64,000 bases of DNA from an uncultured SAR116 cluster alpha proteobacterium (GCA_902518965.1 CABYIQ010000004.1:35262-99261); one strand, 5' to 3'; numbered from the stretch's first letter, positions 1 to 10,781 are shown. A program made the numbers and translations. The notes: generated from the sequence alone by a model not told the origin.

Positions 1-1684
1 TTGCATAACCCTGAACAATAGGCATGCCGACAGCCATCGCCAAACGCGCAGTCATCAAATTCCGTGATTTTTCGATACCAACCCGCATGATCGAAGGGCC
101 ATAAAAGCGCTTTGTATAGTTTGCAGGCTTCCATTTTGGCTTGCCTGTCCCTTGATCAACAACCAAAGGCGCATCAAGAATCCGGGTTGTTGGCGCATAG
201 CCTTGATCAAGAGCAGCCAGATAGACAAAAGGTTTGAAAGCAGATCCTGGCTGGCGTTTGGCCTGCGTTGCTCGGTTAAATTCAGATACTCTGAAATCAT
301 ACCCACCTGTTAAGGCCAGCAATCGGCCAGTATGCGGGTCAAGCGCAACAATGGCCCCCTCAACCAAAGGGCGTTGACCCAAGGCGAAAACATCGCTGGC
401 AAAAACCGCACCATCTGTTGTCAGGTCAGGTGCTTCAACAGGCCGTTGAACAATTACGATGTCATCTGCAGTTAAAACTTGCTTCAGACTGGTAATCTTT
501 GGCGGTCTGGTGCCATCAGCTCGGCGAGGCGGATAGGCCCATGACGCAAGAGTAAAGGGGATCACCGCCGTCTGCCCCTGCACATAGATATGAGTCTGCT
601 GGTCATCAACTTTCGTCACGAGTGCAGCAAACCTGTTTTCAGGTAGCTTCTCTGTCAATAATTGCAGCTGCACATCAACAGGCTTTGACGGATCAAGCCT
701 AGCTAATGGGCCACGCCATCCCTGCCGTCTATCAAGTGCTTCCAACCCTTCTCGCAAGGCACGTTCAGCCTTTATCTGCAACTGCGGATCAATTGTTGTA
801 CGAACAGACAAGCCACCTTCATATAAGGCTTTTGTGCCATAAGTTTCAGCAAGCTGACGACGGACCTCTTCCGTAAAATAAGGTGCATTTGCGCTATCCG
901 AACCAGAAGCCTTTTTTACACCCAGCGACTTTGATTCTGCCAAAGCTTTTTGCTCTGCTGTGATATAACCATTTTCATGCATCTGCCGCAGAACCCAGTT
1001 GCGTCGCCCCAACGCCGCCTTTGTTCGTCTAGCTGGATGGTAATTTGAAGGAGCTTTCGGCAAAGCTGCTAAATAGGCCATTTCATGCAGCTCGAGCTGG
1101 TCAAGTGCTTTGTCAAAATAATTGAGCGCTGCTGCCGCAACACCGTAGCTGCCATATCCCAGATAAATTTCATTCAGATATAGCGCTAGAATTTGTTGTT
1201 TGCTAAAAGCACGTTCCATGCGAATGGCCAGGATCGCTTCCTTTATTTTCCGATCAAAAGACAGCTCATTACTTAATAGGAAATTTTTTGCCACCTGCTG
1301 AGTGATAGTTGACGCACCTATGGGTCGCCGCCCCGTTCCAAGAGCTGCCAGATTTGTCAGGCTGGCCCGCAATAGCGCAACAGGGTCAACTCCAGGATGA
1401 GTAAAAAATGACTTATCTTCTGCAGACAAGAAAGCGTGAAGCAGTTGTGGCGGCATCGCCTTTACCGGCACAAAAAGGCGTTTCTGCGTTGCAAATTCAG
1501 CTAGCAGTGCGCCATTACCTGCGTAAACGCGTGTCGCTACAGGCGGTTCATATTTTGCCAATTGCGAGTAATCCGGCAGATCCTGACCCCATATCCAGAA
1601 CACTGCCAACAAGCCGCTAAGGACAGCCCCAGCTGACAAAAAAATCAAAATGAACAATCCAATAAGATATTTCATAACAGACAT
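1..1684 (-). CDS. mrcA: Penicillin-binding protein 1A (bifunctional transglycosylase/transpeptidase); 3' end runs off the window, not in the ORF track
   Basis: Manual translation from ATG 1684/1675 gives an N-terminal TM (MKYLIGLFILIFLSAG...), transglycosylase motifs SAEDKSF, GASTITQQVAKN, RKIKE and YLNEIYLG, and transpeptidase RQPGSAFKP (SxxK) near 230-260. Confidence 0.93.
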   Translation of the reverse strand, partial: MSVMKYLIGLFILIFLSAGAVLSGLLAVFWIWGQDLPDYSQLAKYEPPVATRVYAGNGALLAEFATQKRLFVPVKAMPPQLLHAFLSAEDKSFFTHPGVDPVALLRASLTNLAALGTGRRPIGASTITQQVAKNFLLSNELSFDRKIKEAILAIRMERAFSKQQILALYLNEIYLGYGSYGVAAAALNYFDKALDQLELHEMAYLAALPKAPSNYHPARRTKAALGRRNWVLRQMHENGYITAEQKALAESKSLGVKKASGSDSANAPYFTEEVRRQLAETYGTKALYEGGLSVRTTIDPQLQIKAERALREGLEALDRRQGWRGPLARLDPSKPVDVQLQLLTEKLPENRFAALVTKVDDQQTHIYVQGQTAVIPFTLASWAYPPRRADGTRPPKITSLKQVLTADDIVIVQRPVEAPDLTTDGAVFASDVFALGQRPLVEGAIVALDPHTGRLLALTGGYDFRVSEFNRATQAKRQPGSAFKPFVYLAALDQGYAPTTRILDAPLVVDQGTGKPKWKPANYTKRFYGPSIMRVGIEKSRNLMTARLAMAVGMPIVQGYA

Positions 1685-1717
1685 AATATTAGGAGAAATT
1701 GCGGCCGTCTTATGGCA

Positions 1718-3016
1718 TCAGGGTGATGTGCTTGTAAGGTAAGAAACGATTGCTTTCGACAACTTTTGTGTCAATTTGTGCCGATAGCGCTCAGAATTTA
1801 GGTTTTTTTCATCCTCTTTATTACTCAAAAATCCCATTTCAACCAAAACAGAAGGAATATCAGGCGATTTCAGCACAGCAAAACCAGCAAAACGATGACC
1901 GCGTTTATCCCCTCCCGGCATATCGCGGATTTCATTCAGTATTGCCGCCGCAAGCCGAGAGGACTCGTTCATTGTCTCACGCTGGAACATGCTCAATAAA
2001 GCATTTGCAGCTGCAGGATCTTCAACTGCCAGATCAGGACCACCAACAAGATCTGCCTTATTTTCCTGTTGAGCTATATAAGCGGCTTCTTTGTCCGATG
2101 CTGTGTCAGACAGAGTAAATACAGAAATGCCTCTAGCGGCTTTCCGTGGGGCTGAGTCAGCATGAAGCGAGATGAAGACATCTGCCCCTATATCACGAGC
2201 AATCTCAATTCGCTGTCTGAGTTTGTAAAATTGGTCAGAAGACCGTATCAAACGCGATGAAACCTTGCCGGTTTTGCGCAAGTCTGACGCCAATTGTTGT
2301 GCTGCAGCAAGTGTAATTTCCTTTTCCTTTGTGCCTGCTAAACCAACTGCACCCGGATCTTTGCCCCCATGTCCTGCATCAATAGCAACGATCCATTTCC
2401 TGTCTGTTACTGGGGGGCGGGGAACAGGGCTAGCAACTTTTGCATGCTGGCTCACCGGCTGTGGCAATGCAGAAGGCCTTGCAGCTAAATTGACCGCTTG
2501 AGCTTGAGTTGACTGTATTACCGCTAAGCCATTAGCGAGCAATGATTTTTGGGCCAGTTTAAAACGTGTCAAGCCTTTATCAATCAAGTCGATCACCAGA
2601 CGATGCCCGCCCACCTCACGGGGGGGCAACACAAATACCCGTTCAGGGGAGGCTGGGGCATTCATTTCAACAACAATTCGTCCTGTTCCTACTTTAGGAT
2701 GGCCAAACCGGTAAGCTGTGGCCGGGCCACTGGATAATTGTCCTGATGATTCAAGGCCAGGCACATTCCAGCTCAAACCAACGCTGTCAATAACAAGACG
2801 CCAAGGGTCATGCAGAAGAAGAAGTTTTGCGTCCAGAGGCTCATTTGTTTCGATCACCAGCCGCAGCGCTCGGCTACCCTCGAAGTCTACGTCACCAATC
2901 CGCATCCCGATCACGTCATTATCGGCAGCCCCCGTTGTCTGCCCGGACCAGAGTCCTAAGAATGACAAGAAGATACAAAAAATTAATCGGGTGCAAAATT
3001 TTTGTTTACTGCTCAT
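1718..3016 (-). CDS. amiC: N-acetylmuramoyl-L-alanine amidase (AMIN + Amidase_3)
   Basis: Signal peptide; IDAGHGGKDPGA, FISLHADS and PSVLVEMGFLSN motifs; sits upstream of mrcA. Confidence 0.93.
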   Translation of the reverse strand: MSSKQKFCTRLIFCIFLSFLGLWSGQTTGAADNDVIGMRIGDVDFEGSRALRLVIETNEPLDAKLLLLHDPWRLVIDSVGLSWNVPGLESSGQLSSGPATAYRFGHPKVGTGRIVVEMNAPASPERVFVLPPREVGGHRLVIDLIDKGLTRFKLAQKSLLANGLAVIQSTQAQAVNLAARPSALPQPVSQHAKVASPVPRPPVTDRKWIVAIDAGHGGKDPGAVGLAGTKEKEITLAAAQQLASDLRKTGKVSSRLIRSSDQFYKLRQRIEIARDIGADVFISLHADSAPRKAARGISVFTLSDTASDKEAAYIAQQENKADLVGGPDLAVEDPAAANALLSMFQRETMNESSRLAAAILNEIRDMPGGDKRGHRFAGFAVLKSPDIPSVLVEMGFLSNKEDEKNLNSERYRHKLTQKLSKAIVSYLTSTSP

Positions 3017-3189
3017 AAAATGCTAATAGTCATCGAATTTCTGACGTCAGCCTAAAGCAAGCCTCTTTCGCTGACTAGTGACAAATTACCCATAAATAAA
3101 GTCAATTCTTTGGCTCCCTAAATTGCTTTGAGCCCTAACTGACGCAAGCACTCTGTTTTAAAATAATTTTGTTTTTCCGAAATTTACTG

Positions 3190-3575
3190 TATAATGAAAT
3201 TAGAATTTTGAATTTGGATTTGCGGTAGCGTTTCTGATGAGCGAAAGAGCAAAGACGACACCTATCAGAAGCTGGTCAAACCAATTACAAACGACCTTGC
3301 CAGAGACACAATAGTCACAGTTTCCGCTGATATATCATGAGGCCTGGCAAAAATGAACCCGAGTCGACCACAGATGACCTGTATTACCCTTGAAAATGAA
3401 TGTCCCAGAATTGATAAATTCATTTATTATGGCCAGCAGCTGCACTTAGTGTTCAGCTTTTATATGTTTGGGACATCTGTTGTTCACTTAACATTAGGGT
3501 CTGTATACCAGACACTTGAAAAAATAATGACCTGTTTGCTCTCTACACAGCAACAGGCAACAGAAAGCACCGTCA
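3190..3575 (+). promoter_or_regulatory. Probable rne promoter (-10 TATAAT 3190-3195) and long structured 5' leader
   Basis: TATAAT followed by about 380 nt with several inverted repeats (3232-3238/3264-3270, 3297-3303/3344-3350, 3400-3407/3469-3476, 3531-3540/3549-3557). Confidence 0.5.
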
Positions 3576-5981
3576 ATGACCAAAAAAATGCTGATCGATG
3601 CACATCAGCCCGAAGAAACACGGGTTGTATTGCTCAACGGAAACAAGATCGAAGAGTTTGATTACGAGAATAACAGCCTAATCCAATTAAAAGGAAATGT
3701 TTACCTGGCCCGCGTCACCCGTGTTGAACCATCCCTCCAAGCGGCTTTTGTAGAATATGGTGGCAACCGGCAGGGTTTTCTTGCATTGAGTGAGATACAC
3801 CCGGATTATTACCGGATTCCTGTTGAGGACAGAGAGGCTTTAACAGCCCAAACTGACTCAGAGAACGAACAGGACTCCGTCTCAGAACAATCGGAAAACA
3901 TCTCAGGAGATACCACTGCAGACAACTCACCTGAAGAAATCGGCGGTGATGATGAACATGACAGCTGGTCACAATCGTCCGAGTCTTTAATCCGCCAGTA
4001 CAAAATTCAAGAAGTAATCACGCGCAAGCAGATTTTGCTTGTTCAGGTTGTCAAAGAAGAGCGCGGCAATAAAGGCGCAGCGCTTACTACATATTTGTCC
4101 CTGGCAGGTAGATATTGCGTATTGATGCCAAACAGCAATAGAGGTGGCGGTGTTTCACGCAAAATCACCAATCTTGCTGACCGGAAAAGGCTCAAATCGG
4201 TTGTCAGCGATCTGGATATTCCAAAAGGCATGGCGGTGATTGTCAGAACAGCAGGTTCAAAACGCACCAAAACAGAAATCAAACGTGATTATGCCTATCT
4301 TTCCAAATTGTGGAATGAGATACGCGAAAAAACGCTGCAATCAGAAGCGCCGACGCTTATTCATGAGGAAGGATCGCTTGTGAAACGGGCTATCCGCGAT
4401 ATTTACACCAACGACGTAGATGAAGTCCTCATTGAAGGTGAAGACAGCTACAAAGTTGCAAAGTCGCACATGAAAATGTTGATACCCAGTCATGCAAAAC
4501 GGGTTTCAAAATATTACGGCTCAGAACATCTGTTCCAAAAATATGGGGTTGAACCGCAGCTTGACACAATCCACCAAGGTGAAGTCACCTTAAAATCAGG
4601 GGGCTATCTAGTAATCAATCAGACAGAGGCTCTTGTGGCAATTGATGTGAACTCTGGCAAAGCCACACGCGAACGCAATATCGAAGAAACAGCACTTAAG
4701 ACGAATCTGGAGGCTGCAGAAGAAGTTAGCCGGCAGCTGAAGTTACGTGACCTATCTGGTCTTATTGTAATTGATTTTATTGATATGGAAGAAAACAGAA
4801 ATAAATCTGCAATTGAACGGAAACTGAAAGATTCTCTGCGGTATGATCGGGCACGCATCCAAGTTGGTTCTATCAGTCATTTTGGTCTTTTAGAGATGTC
4901 ACGCCAGCGGCTGCGCCCATCACTAGCCGAATCTGTGTCACAAACTTGTCCGCACTGTGCAGGGACCGGCCGGATTAGATCCATAAATTCTTCTGCTCTA
5001 AAAATTCTGCGTGTGGTTGAAGAAGAAGCAGGCGCAAATCCTGGTCAGGATATGACAATTTATGTCCATCCAGAGGTGGCCTTGTACATTCTTAACCAGA
5101 AGCGGGCGAGCCTTTCCAGCCTCGAGGCTCAGTTCAAGGTTTCAGTTCTGATTGAAGCAGATGCTACTCTTATTCCTCCAGACTTTAGGCTGGGCAGCGA
5201 CAACAGAGAACTTGCTTCCCGAGAGAATACAGGCGGACGAAACAGACAGAGGCACAATAATAAACAGGCGCGCAATCAGAATGATAAAGTCAGTCAGAAA
5301 CCAGCACAGCTTGAGCCTGAACGCGAACACCCTGAAGATGACGAAGAGCAACCAAAGCGTAAACGCAGAGGGCGGAGAGGCGGCAGACGTCGGAAAAAGC
5401 GTGGCAATGAAGATAGCATAGTCATCGCAGAACAAAGTAATGGTGAGGCAGCCATCACTGAAGATACACAGGTGGAACAAGCTGACACATCTGCAAAAAA
5501 TAATGCAAATGATTCAGCCTATCAGCTGTCAGAAAAGAAACCACGGAGACGTAACAATTCTAGGGCCGTGAAGGCGAACAAAGCATCAGATGTCACTAAA
5601 AGTGAAAGTGAAGCTAATGCTGCTGGCCTAGACGCTAATACGGCTGCGCGTGAGCAGGATAAAGACCACAAAAAGCAGGCCGCTAAAAAGAAAGCCAAAG
5701 CAAAGAAAAAAATCAGCAGCGACACATCGAAGAAGACCAAAGCTAAAGCGAAAAAGACATCAACAAAAGCGAAGACGAAGGCACCAAAGTCGAAATCAAC
5801 CGCATTTTCTCAGACCACTAAGGGGCAGAAAAATTTAACCGGTTCTGCAGACGCAAATCAAGAAAAGGGGGCAGCGAACAATGAGGAACGCAGCCCAAAC
5901 ACCTCTGTGAAAATGACAGTTGTTAATATTGATGAAACGCCAGCGGCAAAGACAAAGAAAAAGGGTTGGTGGTCACGCTAA
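3576..5981 (+). CDS. rne: Ribonuclease E
   Basis: MLIDAHQPEETRV, KGNVYLARVTRVEPSLQAAFV, AIDVNSG, IVIDFIDM and CPHCAGTG Zn link; charged disordered C-terminus ending KKGWWSR. Confidence 0.96.
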   Translation: MTKKMLIDAHQPEETRVVLLNGNKIEEFDYENNSLIQLKGNVYLARVTRVEPSLQAAFVEYGGNRQGFLALSEIHPDYYRIPVEDREALTAQTDSENEQDSVSEQSENISGDTTADNSPEEIGGDDEHDSWSQSSESLIRQYKIQEVITRKQILLVQVVKEERGNKGAALTTYLSLAGRYCVLMPNSNRGGGVSRKITNLADRKRLKSVVSDLDIPKGMAVIVRTAGSKRTKTEIKRDYAYLSKLWNEIREKTLQSEAPTLIHEEGSLVKRAIRDIYTNDVDEVLIEGEDSYKVAKSHMKMLIPSHAKRVSKYYGSEHLFQKYGVEPQLDTIHQGEVTLKSGGYLVINQTEALVAIDVNSGKATRERNIEETALKTNLEAAEEVSRQLKLRDLSGLIVIDFIDMEENRNKSAIERKLKDSLRYDRARIQVGSISHFGLLEMSRQRLRPSLAESVSQTCPHCAGTGRIRSINSSALKILRVVEEEAGANPGQDMTIYVHPEVALYILNQKRASLSSLEAQFKVSVLIEADATLIPPDFRLGSDNRELASRENTGGRNRQRHNNKQARNQNDKVSQKPAQLEPEREHPEDDEEQPKRKRRGRRGGRRRKKRGNEDSIVIAEQSNGEAAITEDTQVEQADTSAKNNANDSAYQLSEKKPRRRNNSRAVKANKASDVTKSESEANAAGLDANTAAREQDKDHKKQAAKKKAKAKKKISSDTSKKTKAKAKKTSTKAKTKAPKSKSTAFSQTTKGQKNLTGSADANQEKGAANNEERSPNTSVKMTVVNIDETPAAKTKKKGWWSR

Positions 5982-6028
5982 CTTCGAACTCCTTTTCGCC
6001 TCTCACTTTTGCAGTGAAATAGACCGTT

Positions 6029-7207
6029 TCAGGCCGCATTGATTTTCAGGCTGGCAATGAAGCTGTTTATCCGCGTAACGGCCTCATGCATATCTGCTGT
6101 ACTGCCCGCAAAAGAGAGGCGTAAATAGCGATGCCCATCTATAGGATCAAAATCGACACCTGGCGTTGTTGCGACACCCCGTTCAGCTAACAGCCGCGCA
6201 GCAAAGTCCGCTGAATTATCGCTATACTGGCTGATATCAGCAAATAGATAGAAGGCACCCTGACAAGGCGCAGCGCCTTCTGTCAGCGAAGCAGGCAAGC
6301 CTTGAAGCAATATGTCCCTGTTTTGCGCATAACGCTGGACATGATTATCAAGCTCAGCCGAACAATCAAAAGCTGCGACTGCAGCCATCTGGTTGGGTGT
6401 GGGTGCAGAGATGAATAAATTCTGAGCCAATTTTTCGACAGGGGTCAGTAAATCATCAGGAATGATCATCCATCCTATCCGCCAGCCGGTCATGGAAAAA
6501 TATTTTGACAGGCTATTTATAATAATTGCGTTCTTCGTGTAATTCAGAGCTGTGTCACATCTGAGTCCGTAGGCTAAGCCATGGTATATTTCATCTGAAA
6601 TCAGACGCACACCTTTACTGTCACACCAACTACAGATATCCGCCAATTCAGAATAGCTCAGCACCGCCCCAGTAGGATTAGCCGGGCTGGCAATCATTAG
6701 GCCATCCGGAAGCCTTTCCCATTTTTCCATTTCTGATAGTACAGGCTTCCAGCCCTGTTCTGCACCTGCGGCAACCAGAAGAGGTTCCAGGCCCATGGCC
6801 ATCATGAGATTGCGATAAGCTGGGTATCCAGGATTGGGAATAGCAATCCGGTCACCTTCATCAAATGCAGACAAAAAAGCAAGCGCAAAGGCAGTTGATG
6901 ACCCTACCGTCACAGCTATATTTTCTGAATGCAGTCGGGCCCCATACCATTCGACATAGAACTGAGAAATGCGCTTCCGCAAAGCCGATTGTCCGAAAGC
7001 AATAGAATAACCGTGACTGCCAGTTTCACGCAACGCAACAGCCATCGCTTCATTAACCTTCTGCGGTGCTGCTGTAGACGGCTGACCGATTTCAAGATGA
7101 ACAATATCAGCCCCTTGCGCTGCTAATTCAGTAGATTGGCGCATTATATCTAACGCCATAAAGGGCGGAAATTTTGACCGTTTTGATACCTTTAGTTTTT
7201 TTGTCAT
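6029..7207 (-). CDS. PLP-dependent class I/II (aspartate-type) aminotransferase
   Basis: SPANPTG, ISDEIYHGL and SLSKYFSMTGWRIGW PLP-lysine motif. Confidence 0.9.
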   Translation of the reverse strand: MTKKLKVSKRSKFPPFMALDIMRQSTELAAQGADIVHLEIGQPSTAAPQKVNEAMAVALRETGSHGYSIAFGQSALRKRISQFYVEWYGARLHSENIAVTVGSSTAFALAFLSAFDEGDRIAIPNPGYPAYRNLMMAMGLEPLLVAAGAEQGWKPVLSEMEKWERLPDGLMIASPANPTGAVLSYSELADICSWCDSKGVRLISDEIYHGLAYGLRCDTALNYTKNAIIINSLSKYFSMTGWRIGWMIIPDDLLTPVEKLAQNLFISAPTPNQMAAVAAFDCSAELDNHVQRYAQNRDILLQGLPASLTEGAAPCQGAFYLFADISQYSDNSADFAARLLAERGVATTPGVDFDPIDGHRYLRLSFAGSTADMHEAVTRINSFIASLKINAA

Positions 7208-7483
7208 AACCTACTAACCCTTTTTCTGAACTGTACTTTAATCCAGTCCCATCTTTTTCATACAAGATTTTATCCCTGTAAATTTTAATTTGGCTGCGCT
7301 AGACTGTTAAGTAATGCAAAAAACAGGCCTAAAACCACGTGCTTTAACAAAACACCTCACTCAGTGAACAAACGCAAAAAAACACCGCTTATAGCTCCTG
7401 TCAATCCATATACACGCAACAAATTATATTTTTTTTTAATTTTTTGAGAATAAAATTTCATTTTGTGAAGGTAAGTTCTTCGT

Positions 7484-8857
7484 ATGGCAGTATTCTGTCG
7501 TAAATTTGCCTATTTTATGGCTTTCTTGCTGTTTTTTCAGTTGAATTCAGCATCTGCCACAGGACTGATCAGAGATACTGAAGTAGAAACAGTATTTCAG
7601 GATGCCGTTCAGGTGATGGCTGAAGAGGCCGGATTTGCTGATGGCATCCAGATCAGAATTATTGTTGACCCCACTTACAATGCCTTTGTTGTTGGCGGAA
7701 AGACCATTTATATCCATACTGGGTTATTATTTTCTGCACGGTCGGCTGAAGAAATTCTTGGCGTTATTGCCCATGAGATTGGTCATCTGGCCTCTGGCCA
7801 CGCACCGCTTCGCCAGGAAGCCGTAAATGATGCGAATCTGGCCACAGCTTTAACAGCTATAGCTTCAGCTGCTCTCGCTGCGACCGGCTCAGCAGAGGCG
7901 GCAGTGGGTGTCGCTATTGGTGGCACTGACAGGGCCAAAAGACAATACTTGTCTACTTCTCGCAAAGATGAATCTGTGGCTGATCAATGGGCCCTCAGAT
8001 TGCTGGACAGGGCTGGCATTTCAAGTTATGGCCTCACTGACTTTATGCGCCGTCAGGCCAGTCAGCGTATTTTGCCACAAGGTCGACAGAGCGAATATTA
8101 CACTACTCACCCTAGCACAAAAGAAAGGCTCGCAACCTTTACCGAACACACCGACCAAATATTAGAAGAAAGAGCGTTAAGCCAATCAGAACATCAAAGT
8201 CTTGCGAGAGCAGTATTGAAGCTTGCCGCCTATACACAGCCACCGTCTCCCACAAAATATGCAGAATTCCAACTGGACTGGACTAGCTCATCATCCAACC
8301 CAGCCAAACTTGTACCCGATGAGACTAGCCTCACCTATGCGAGAGCAATTGCTCTATTCAGGCGTGGCTCTCTGGATGAAGCAGATAAATTAATGTCAGA
8401 ATTAGTTAGTAAGAATAAGTCTGATGCTTGGCTGGCCGAATTTGCTGGTGATATTGATATGTCTGCTGGCCGGCCTTTTCAGGCGGTTACACATTATAAA
8501 AACGCCCTTCTACTTCGTCCAGACAGCCCACAAATCAGCCTAAGCCTTGGTAGATCTCTGATCGCGACAAATGATAAAGCTCTGCTCGATGACGCTATTG
8601 AGGCGTTGCTGACTGCGGAGAGAGGAGAGCCAAAATGGGGGTTTGTCAAACGCCAGTTAGCAATAGCTTATGGCAGAGATGGACGGCTTGCTGACGCGGA
8701 TGTTACGTTGGCTGAAGAAGCCTTGTTAACCAACGACAAGCCGCGCGCCACACAGATGGCAAGACGCGCCCTTTCAAATAAATCAGCTCCGGACCACGTA
8801 AAAGCAAAAGCAAAAGATATTCTTTTTCAGTTGAATATGCCCGTCATAACAGACTGA
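7484..8857 (+). CDS. M48 family Zn metalloprotease with TPR repeats (BepA/YfgC-like)
   Basis: Signal peptide, YNAFV, HEIGH (HExxH), THP motif, C-terminal TPR-like helices. Confidence 0.88.
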   Translation: MAVFCRKFAYFMAFLLFFQLNSASATGLIRDTEVETVFQDAVQVMAEEAGFADGIQIRIIVDPTYNAFVVGGKTIYIHTGLLFSARSAEEILGVIAHEIGHLASGHAPLRQEAVNDANLATALTAIASAALAATGSAEAAVGVAIGGTDRAKRQYLSTSRKDESVADQWALRLLDRAGISSYGLTDFMRRQASQRILPQGRQSEYYTTHPSTKERLATFTEHTDQILEERALSQSEHQSLARAVLKLAAYTQPPSPTKYAEFQLDWTSSSSNPAKLVPDETSLTYARAIALFRRGSLDEADKLMSELVSKNKSDAWLAEFAGDIDMSAGRPFQAVTHYKNALLLRPDSPQISLSLGRSLIATNDKALLDDAIEALLTAERGEPKWGFVKRQLAIAYGRDGRLADADVTLAEEALLTNDKPRATQMARRALSNKSAPDHVKAKAKDILFQLNMPVITD

Positions 8858-8983
8858 TGCCTGCCGCCTCATCTTTTTAAATTTATTACCTATCTATGAC
8901 TAGTGAACAGGCTTCAAAAAAGGTAAAACAGTACTAGATTATGGCATCAGACAAAAAGGATGCCCGATTAGTTTGCGTTTAGG

Positions 8984-9727
8984 ATGATGTATTTTATGCC
9001 CCGCTTCATTTCACGGCTAACTGCCCAAATCATTTTCTTTTTTTGCGTTATCTCATCAGCACCGACAGCATTTGCTGATTTTTCTGACGCAGACAAGTCA
9101 GAAATCAAATCCATAATCAAAGAGTTTATAAAAGAAAACCCAATAATCATCCGTGATGTATTAGCACAGTTAGCAACGACAGAACAGGCACAGCGAAAAC
9201 TTGCGGCCTTAGCTCTTGTAAAGAATGATGATGGAGATCCAGAAATTGGACCATCAGATGCTGCCATCACTATATATGAATTTTCTGATTATAATTGCGG
9301 GTATTGCAAAAGGATATTCAACGATTTGCAGGCTGTTCTGGCTGAGCAGCCTGATGTCAGATTAGTGGTAAAGGAATTTCCTATCCTTGCAGAAACATCT
9401 GTTCTGGCTGCAAAAGCTGCAATCGCCGCGCATCGGCAGGGAAAATTTAGACAATTTCATATTTCGATGATGACCTGGCGCGGCAAAATTGATGGGGATG
9501 CAATAGACGCTGCAGTGCAAAAGGCAGGTCTTGATAAAAATAGGTTACGCAAAGATATGGAAGATGAGTTGACAGCAGCAATACTGAGCAAAACACGAGC
9601 AGCAGCAGCCGCACTTGAGGTAAGAGGCACACCAGCACTGATCATCGGAGAAACCATAATCCCCGGCGCCATCAGCAAAAATGAAATTTTGGATTTGATA
9701 AATCAGACAAGGGCGGCTAAAAACTGA
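8984..9727 (+). CDS. DsbA-family thioredoxin-fold periplasmic protein
   Basis: Signal peptide, EFSDYNCGYCK (CxxC), GTP cis-Pro motif. Confidence 0.88.
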   Translation: MMYFMPRFISRLTAQIIFFFCVISSAPTAFADFSDADKSEIKSIIKEFIKENPIIIRDVLAQLATTEQAQRKLAALALVKNDDGDPEIGPSDAAITIYEFSDYNCGYCKRIFNDLQAVLAEQPDVRLVVKEFPILAETSVLAAKAAIAAHRQGKFRQFHISMMTWRGKIDGDAIDAAVQKAGLDKNRLRKDMEDELTAAILSKTRAAAAALEVRGTPALIIGETIIPGAISKNEILDLINQTRAAKN

Positions 9728-9788
9728 AGTTATTCAGTGAGAGCTAAAAAGCCCGATTGCTGCAAAATTTGTATTTAGGGCCAGTGAG

Positions 9789-10244
9789 ATGAATGATATT
9801 CTTGTTATCAACGGACCGAATCTGAATATGTTCGGCATGCGAGAGCCTGAAATTTATGGTGCGGACACACTTGCTGACTATGAAGCAAAAATAGATGCTT
9901 TATGTTCAGAACTTGGTAAAACCTGCCGCTGTTTCCAATCAAATCATGAGGGAGAATTGGTTACAGTCATTCAAAACGCTGTGCGCGCTGGCACTGAGGA
10001 CGCCGCCAGAGCGATTGTAATAAATGCTGCTGCCTACACTCATACCTCGATTGCCCTGCGTGATGCCTTATCCCTGTTTTTAGGCCCAAAGATAGAAGTT
10101 CATGTTTCTAACGTGATGAAACGTGAGCAGTTTAGGCACCAGAGCTTCATTTCAGCAGTTTGTGATGGTATTATCGTTGGCTTAGGTGTGAATTCTTATC
10201 TGCTTGCCGTTCGCGCTGCAAATGACTTGCTTGACCAGTCCTAA
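9789..10244 (+). CDS. aroQ: Type II 3-dehydroquinate dehydratase
   Basis: INGPNLNMFGMREPEIYG, QSNHEG, YTHTSIALRDA, IEVHVSN. Confidence 0.95.
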   Translation: MNDILVINGPNLNMFGMREPEIYGADTLADYEAKIDALCSELGKTCRCFQSNHEGELVTVIQNAVRAGTEDAARAIVINAAAYTHTSIALRDALSLFLGPKIEVHVSNVMKREQFRHQSFISAVCDGIIVGLGVNSYLLAVRAANDLLDQS

Positions 10245-10272
10245 TTTTTCAGACAATCAGAAAGAAGAGAGC

Positions 10273-10779
10273 ATGACATCAAAATCAAAATCTTTCACCA
10301 CCGAAACAAAGCTGGTGCGGGAACTAGCCATAATTTTTGATGAAAAAGACCTGACCGAACTCGAACTGGAAACCGATGATATATCTATCAGACTTGCACG
10401 TGGTCAGAGAGATCAGCAGATTGTGACAATGCCACAACAAGCTGTTGTCCCTCACCCACAACACTCTGCACCTGCGGTAGTTTCGACACAAGACGCTATA
10501 AGCGAGACTAGCACAAACACAACATCTTCTGATCTTTCTGCTCATGAAGGTGCAGTACTATCGCCAATGGTCGGCACTGTTTACCTAGCACCCGAACCAG
10601 GCGCGGCAGATTTTATCAATGAAGGTGATGTTGTGAAAAAGGGGCAAACTTTGTTTATCGTTGAGGCGATGAAAGTCATGAATCCGATTACCGCACCAAC
10701 AGGTGGTAAAGTTACAAAAATTCTTGTCGAAAATGCACAGCCAATAGAATTTGATCAGCCTCTTGCAATTATAGAATAG
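10273..10779 (+). CDS. accB: Acetyl-CoA carboxylase biotin carboxyl carrier protein
   Basis: SPMVGT and EAMKVMN biotinylation motif; start moved to ATG 10273 to avoid overlap with aroQ. Confidence 0.95.
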   Translation: MTSKSKSFTTETKLVRELAIIFDEKDLTELELETDDISIRLARGQRDQQIVTMPQQAVVPHPQHSAPAVVSTQDAISETSTNTTSSDLSAHEGAVLSPMVGTVYLAPEPGAADFINEGDVVKKGQTLFIVEAMKVMNPITAPTGGKVTKILVENAQPIEFDQPLAIIE

Positions 10780-10781
10780 CC

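Noticed and set aside
55-306. 83-aa minus-strand ORF
   Set aside because: Alternative frame inside mrcA; the PBP1A frame is open and carries the motifs
3234-3270. CTGATGAG...GAAA resembling a hammerhead ribozyme core
   Set aside because: No proper stem II followed by GAAA and no compatible stems I/III; the segment instead pairs within the TTCTGAT/ATCAGAA hairpin
3353-3661. 102-aa ORF overlapping the rne leader and start
   Set aside because: No recognisable motif, overlaps rne out of frame, and the region is better explained as a structured UTR
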